32,000 nt of DNA, taken from positions 4,710,001 to 4,742,000 of the forward strand of contig NC_003272.1 in NCBI RefSeq assembly GCF_000009705.1, read 5' to 3'. The notes under the pieces were generated by a model. The model ran no database searches. It saw only the letters and a program-made list of their open reading frames with translations, and was not told where the DNA came from. This stretch comes from Nostoc sp. PCC 7120 = FACHB-418. GTDB lineage: Bacteria; Cyanobacteriota; Cyanobacteriia; Cyanobacteriales; Nostocaceae. A program made the translations under genes and the position numbers. Positions 28,237 through 32,000 of this stretch are shown piece by piece; within the stretch, counting starts at the first letter, position 1; every line of letters begins with the position of its first letter.

Positions 28237-29554
28237 ATTTATCTCTACTATTAAAGCGGGCATTGACTCTGGTCAATACTTGGAAATATTGAGTAATGGG
28301 ATACCCATTGGTATAGTACGTGATACTACAAGTGGAAGTTTTCTTGCTTATGCGGTTGGTGCTATAGCTAGTAATCATCCTTTACTACCACTAACTGTAC
28401 CTATTCAGTTCCTAATCCCCGGAGTAAATATGGTACAGGATTACATAGCTTTTCCACAAAGTTATCAGCAAAGTAGTTCTCTACAAACTGTATTAAAATC
28501 ACTTCAAACAAATATAAGCGTTCTGCAAGCAACTATAGCCTTGATTGAATTAGGTAAAATACCGAGTGTCGCATTAGAAGCAGTCAACTTACGCCAGACA
28601 CTCAAGCTTAAAAAAGAAGTTGAAGAAATGCAACTTGAACTTAAAAACGGCTTTATTGATTTGCAAAAAGCTCTCAAAGCTCAAGGAGCAGAAGTTAGAC
28701 AAATAGTCAAAGAAGTAGTCCATGATATTAATTTTGAACAACATTGTACAGTTTTAGGACGTGCCTATAGCCTGTTTATGCAGGCGTGTAATCGGTTACA
28801 ATCAGCGATGGAATCACCAGATATCAGTCAAAGAAAGTCCGAAATTGATAGTGCAAGAGAAATGTTCCTTGAGGTTTTAGCCGATTACATTAATCCTCAA
28901 ATATTGGAAAAAGTCTCCGCGCCGGGACAACTTCGCAGATTTGAATGTGCTTGGGCAATTGAACAAGCAATTGTTATCACATACCAAGTACAGAATCAGG
29001 TGGCATTTGTTAGCGATCGCCTCTGCCATCTCCGCGATAAAATTAAAGAACACATCTGTACAGTGATTAACAATTGTGAAACCTACGATGAGCTGAATTT
29101 TCTGTTTCCCGAAATAAGTCGCGTTTGTAAACATGATTTACCTATTTTGGAAGTATGGCAAGCACGAGTTGATTGGCTCAGGTCACTTTCGCCAGTGGAG
29201 ATAAAACTTTTAGCAAAAAACAATTGCAACGATTCTGAACTTGCAGATACTTTAGTTACTAATCAAACTAAAATTGTGTTATCAGTACCACCCGAACAAT
29301 TAGTATATGAAGATTTAGCAGAAAAATCCCATTTTTACTCTCTGCTTGATCAGATGATATTTATGTTTAAGCCTGTTTTACGTCAGGAGTACGAAGTTTA
29401 TATCAATCAACAAGCTCAAGCGGCGGGTCATAAGATATTAATTCCCAAAAACCTACAACAAGTCTCTGATATGACTGTTGCAAATCTTTATTACTATTTT
29501 AAGGTAAGAGATGAATCTAATATAGAAGAAACTCTAGAGGCAATAACAGCATAA
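28226..29554 (+). CDS. hypothetical 442-aa protein, no recognisable domain
   Basis: Long uninterrupted ORF in an AT-rich region. The N-terminal ~110 aa are moderately hydrophobic (G/A/P/I-rich). The rest is predicted helical, with charged heptad-like stretches (KLKKEVEEMQLELKNGFIDLQKALKAQGAEVRQIVKEV). No catalytic motif recognised. Confidence 0.65.
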   Translation: MLFEFISTIKAGIDSGQYLEILSNGIPIGIVRDTTSGSFLAYAVGAIASNHPLLPLTVPIQFLIPGVNMVQDYIAFPQSYQQSSSLQTVLKSLQTNISVLQATIALIELGKIPSVALEAVNLRQTLKLKKEVEEMQLELKNGFIDLQKALKAQGAEVRQIVKEVVHDINFEQHCTVLGRAYSLFMQACNRLQSAMESPDISQRKSEIDSAREMFLEVLADYINPQILEKVSAPGQLRRFECAWAIEQAIVITYQVQNQVAFVSDRLCHLRDKIKEHICTVINNCETYDELNFLFPEISRVCKHDLPILEVWQARVDWLRSLSPVEIKLLAKNNCNDSELADTLVTNQTKIVLSVPPEQLVYEDLAEKSHFYSLLDQMIFMFKPVLRQEYEVYINQQAQAAGHKILIPKNLQQVSDMTVANLYYYFKVRDESNIEETLEAITA

Positions 29555-29739
29555 TCTCTCTAAAAAATTTAGGGCTTGTTGGCAAGTAAATTAATCAAGC
29601 CGTTAGTATAAGTACAAATTAGACGTACAACATTGCTGATTTTTTGGCGAAATTAATTTCGTCATAACTTATGGCGAATTTCAAGTTAGTGATATACAAA
29701 AATACTCAACTTACTTGACGCAAGCGTAATTAAGCACTG

Positions 29740-31980
29740 TCAATTATGCGCTGCTTTAATAACTACTTTATTAATTTCCTCTGAATACCAAAGTGCAATA
29801 TCTTTGCTAATTCTACTGTTTAGTTTTTCAAGTTCTTCACACTTATCTAAAATCAAAGATTTAGTTGCATAATGTTGCTCTAGCATTGCTTGATTAGATT
29901 TTTCTTGCTGCTCTAAAAGTTTTTCATACATATATATAGCTCCTTCAATAACTCGACTTACTGATTCAACCTTAGTATCAAAAAATATCTCGATATTTTC
30001 CTGGATTTTTTCGTAAACTTTATCAAAGGATTCGTCAAACTTTTCCAACCCAATTTCTAAGACAGACAATTTAATTTCGCTATGGAATTTATCGCTGTCC
30101 ATCATCATAGATGCAAAAGAATTACCTATTACAGCACTAACATTAGCTAGTGCTGTCGGGATAAAGCCAATTCTTGTAAACTCCATTAATTCCCCCTTTA
30201 ATGGAGTACTAAAATCAATATTATCTAATTCAATTAATTGGTCAGAAATCTCATTAATAGAAAGCTTTAACTTTTCGCTGAATTTAGTATTATCTCTCAT
30301 GTCTAATAAATTAAATTCTGCTTGAATTGCATCTAACTCATACTTGATATTTCGATTTAAATTTTGTAAATTTTCTTCTAATATTATATTTTTAAGTTGA
30401 CTATTAACCCAGTCATCAATTTCATCAGATAAATCGCTAACAAAACACTGAATATAATCACGAACTAACTTGTCTTGTTTCCAAAAGAGCTTATATTCGG
30501 AATTCCAACGTTCACTTTTCAATAACATACGCTCTTCTAAACCTTCATACCACTCACCCCATGAAACATTTGCTTTTTCAAGGGATTTTTCTATTAGTTG
30601 AATGGTCAATAAGCATATTTTTACATCACGTCCACTAAACTCTCCAATTTGCTCTAAAATTTTACGTTTTCCTTCCTCAGCAATTTTTATTTTAGATTCT
30701 AACTCATCTTTAAATTCTCTCAAATTATTAATAATTCTTTGAATTATTTTATTAAGTTGATCAGGTAATGGCTGTAGTTTTAGCCTTCCACGTTCGAGGA
30801 TCAAAAATCTTTCAATTGATTTAATAAAAGTATCAAAGCTTTTTTTATATTCGTCTTCATAGCCATACATAACCGATCTCAAGGCTGCTTGGGCTGAAAT
30901 AAAGTGAACACGATTTTTTCCGGTAATTATTGGTTTTTCACCTTCAACAAAGTTGTAAATTCTCTTTTTTATCTGATCACGACTTTTTTCTGTATTCACT
31001 AAATCCATAAAATTGACAACGATAAATAAGTTATTTGCTGGCTCTTGATCTTTACCACCATTGAGTTTAAGCCTCAATTCATTTAATGATTGACGTTCGC
31101 CTTGCGTCAGTGAGCGTGAAGCATTAGTAACAAAAATTGCAGCATCTATATCTTGAAGTAAGTTTTGAGTAATAGCTGTGAGTTCTGGATTCTCATTTAA
31201 TCCTGGTGAATCGATGATTTCTACACCACTATTGCATAATGCCAGATTAGAGTGTTCAACTATGATTTCTTTAATATCAGATTGTTTGAGTTCTTTATTT
31301 AAAGAGTTAAGAGCAATATCTTCAGAAATACTTACTTTTTGTCGATACTCATCAAATGGTATTTCTTTTTCGCTTCCATCTTTATAGCGGTAAATTACAC
31401 GTTTTTGCGTTCCATACTTCAAGACTACTATATTCCCATTACAGGGAATCTCTCGCATTGGTTGAATTTCTTCGCCTAGTAAAGCATTTAGTAAAGTTGA
31501 TTTTCCTTGACTAAACTCACCAATAACAGCCAATCGAAACCGATGTAATTGGAACTTTTTAGATAACCCATTCACTTCGTCAATTAAATCTTTAGCTAGA
31601 AATCCAAGTTCATGACAAGTTTGAACTATTTGAGAAATCTGATTGCAATAATTACCTAACTGTTGGTTAAACTCTTGAAATTTTTTCAACCCTTCATAGT
31701 ATATAGAAACACGCGGCTGATTTGTGTTAGTCTTAGAGTTGGAAATCAGAGTCTTCCAATTATTGGAATGTGGTTTAATCTCTACATTTTTAAATCCTTG
31801 ATTACGTGGTGTATCTAGTAAAATTTCCACCTCATTCAAAACTGCTATATCTAAACTCTCTTGGGGTCTAAATGCAGATGCCAGAACTGCCAAATATTCT
31901 GTTTTAACGCCCAAATAATGAGCCAAAATCTCTAAATACCTTTGTTCACGTAAACCCAATTTATTATCACTTGTAGACAT
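29740..31980 (-). CDS. bacterial dynamin-like GTPase (BDLP family) with ~150-aa N-terminal extension
   Basis: G1/P-loop GEFSQGKSTLLNALLG, G3 IIDSPGLNE, a G4-like VVNFMDL, then ~400 aa of helical stalk/paddle-type sequence. The ATG is 20 nt from the window end. Confidence 0.85.
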   Translation of the reverse strand: MSTSDNKLGLREQRYLEILAHYLGVKTEYLAVLASAFRPQESLDIAVLNEVEILLDTPRNQGFKNVEIKPHSNNWKTLISNSKTNTNQPRVSIYYEGLKKFQEFNQQLGNYCNQISQIVQTCHELGFLAKDLIDEVNGLSKKFQLHRFRLAVIGEFSQGKSTLLNALLGEEIQPMREIPCNGNIVVLKYGTQKRVIYRYKDGSEKEIPFDEYRQKVSISEDIALNSLNKELKQSDIKEIIVEHSNLALCNSGVEIIDSPGLNENPELTAITQNLLQDIDAAIFVTNASRSLTQGERQSLNELRLKLNGGKDQEPANNLFIVVNFMDLVNTEKSRDQIKKRIYNFVEGEKPIITGKNRVHFISAQAALRSVMYGYEDEYKKSFDTFIKSIERFLILERGRLKLQPLPDQLNKIIQRIINNLREFKDELESKIKIAEEGKRKILEQIGEFSGRDVKICLLTIQLIEKSLEKANVSWGEWYEGLEERMLLKSERWNSEYKLFWKQDKLVRDYIQCFVSDLSDEIDDWVNSQLKNIILEENLQNLNRNIKYELDAIQAEFNLLDMRDNTKFSEKLKLSINEISDQLIELDNIDFSTPLKGELMEFTRIGFIPTALANVSAVIGNSFASMMMDSDKFHSEIKLSVLEIGLEKFDESFDKVYEKIQENIEIFFDTKVESVSRVIEGAIYMYEKLLEQQEKSNQAMLEQHYATKSLILDKCEELEKLNSRISKDIALWYSEEINKVVIKAAHN

Positions 31981-32000
31981 TTCATAACCAAGCCCAATTA

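Noticed and set aside
2045-31387. Other short ORFs from the track that lie inside or antisense to the long recognised CDSs (2045-2233, 5384-5650, 7240-7440, 7730-7951, 8659-8889, 8846-9046, 10033-10242, 15271-15519, 19205-19423, 20068-20277, 22991-23245, 23580-23828, 28877-29134, 31178-31387)
   Set aside because: Each is fully embedded in a much longer ORF that has strong family motifs or much greater length. None shows a recognisable domain, and all are consistent with shadow ORFs.
23980-32000. Searched for an integrase, att-type direct repeats or a tRNA target flanking the AT-rich island
   Set aside because: No tyrosine or serine recombinase ORF, no tRNA-like sequence and no obvious flanking direct repeat is visible in the window. 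The right border lies beyond 32000, so the element type cannot be called.

Overview
This looks like a chromosomal segment from a Nostoc/Anabaena-type filamentous cyanobacterium. The evidence is about two dozen HIP1 palindromes (GCGATCGC) in the first 24 kb and STRR-type heptamer arrays at many gene ends. The gene order isoaspartyl peptidase, DUF2256, penicillin/AHL-acylase matches my memory of the all3922-all3924 region of Anabaena sp. PCC 7120; this is recall and was not checked.

Positions 1-24 kb hold ordinary core genes: a Uma2 endonuclease, an SDR epimerase-family protein, hemE, a membrane protein, oligopeptidase B, an aspartoacylase-family hydrolase, a divergent SucD/SucC-like pair, a three-gene envelope neighbourhood (a membrane-anchored Q-rich protein, a secreted FecR-domain protein with a poly-proline tail, and a beta-barrel-like protein), 3-mercaptopyruvate sulfurtransferase, a stand-alone MnmC-methyltransferase-domain protein, a REC-HD-GYP regulator, glmU, isoaspartyl peptidase, a DUF2256 zinc-ribbon protein and an AiiC-like acylase.

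From about 24.0 kb to the window end the character changes. The DNA is visibly more AT-rich and has only three HIP1 sites, none in the last ~3 kb. This stretch carries:
- a 1040-aa CyRepA1/Slr7037-like Toprim + P-loop plasmid replication protein;
- a decayed IS5-family transposase remnant abutting its stop codon;
- a 51-aa single-pass membrane ORF that is not in the supplied ORF track and overlaps, by 11 nt, the start of a 442-aa protein with no family I recognise;
- a convergent 746-aa bacterial dynamin-like GTPase with an N-terminal extension, whose upstream region runs off the window.

The 28.0-32.0 kb block is my best candidate for an undescribed membrane-associated accessory or defence module. 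No rRNA, tRNA or CRISPR array was found.
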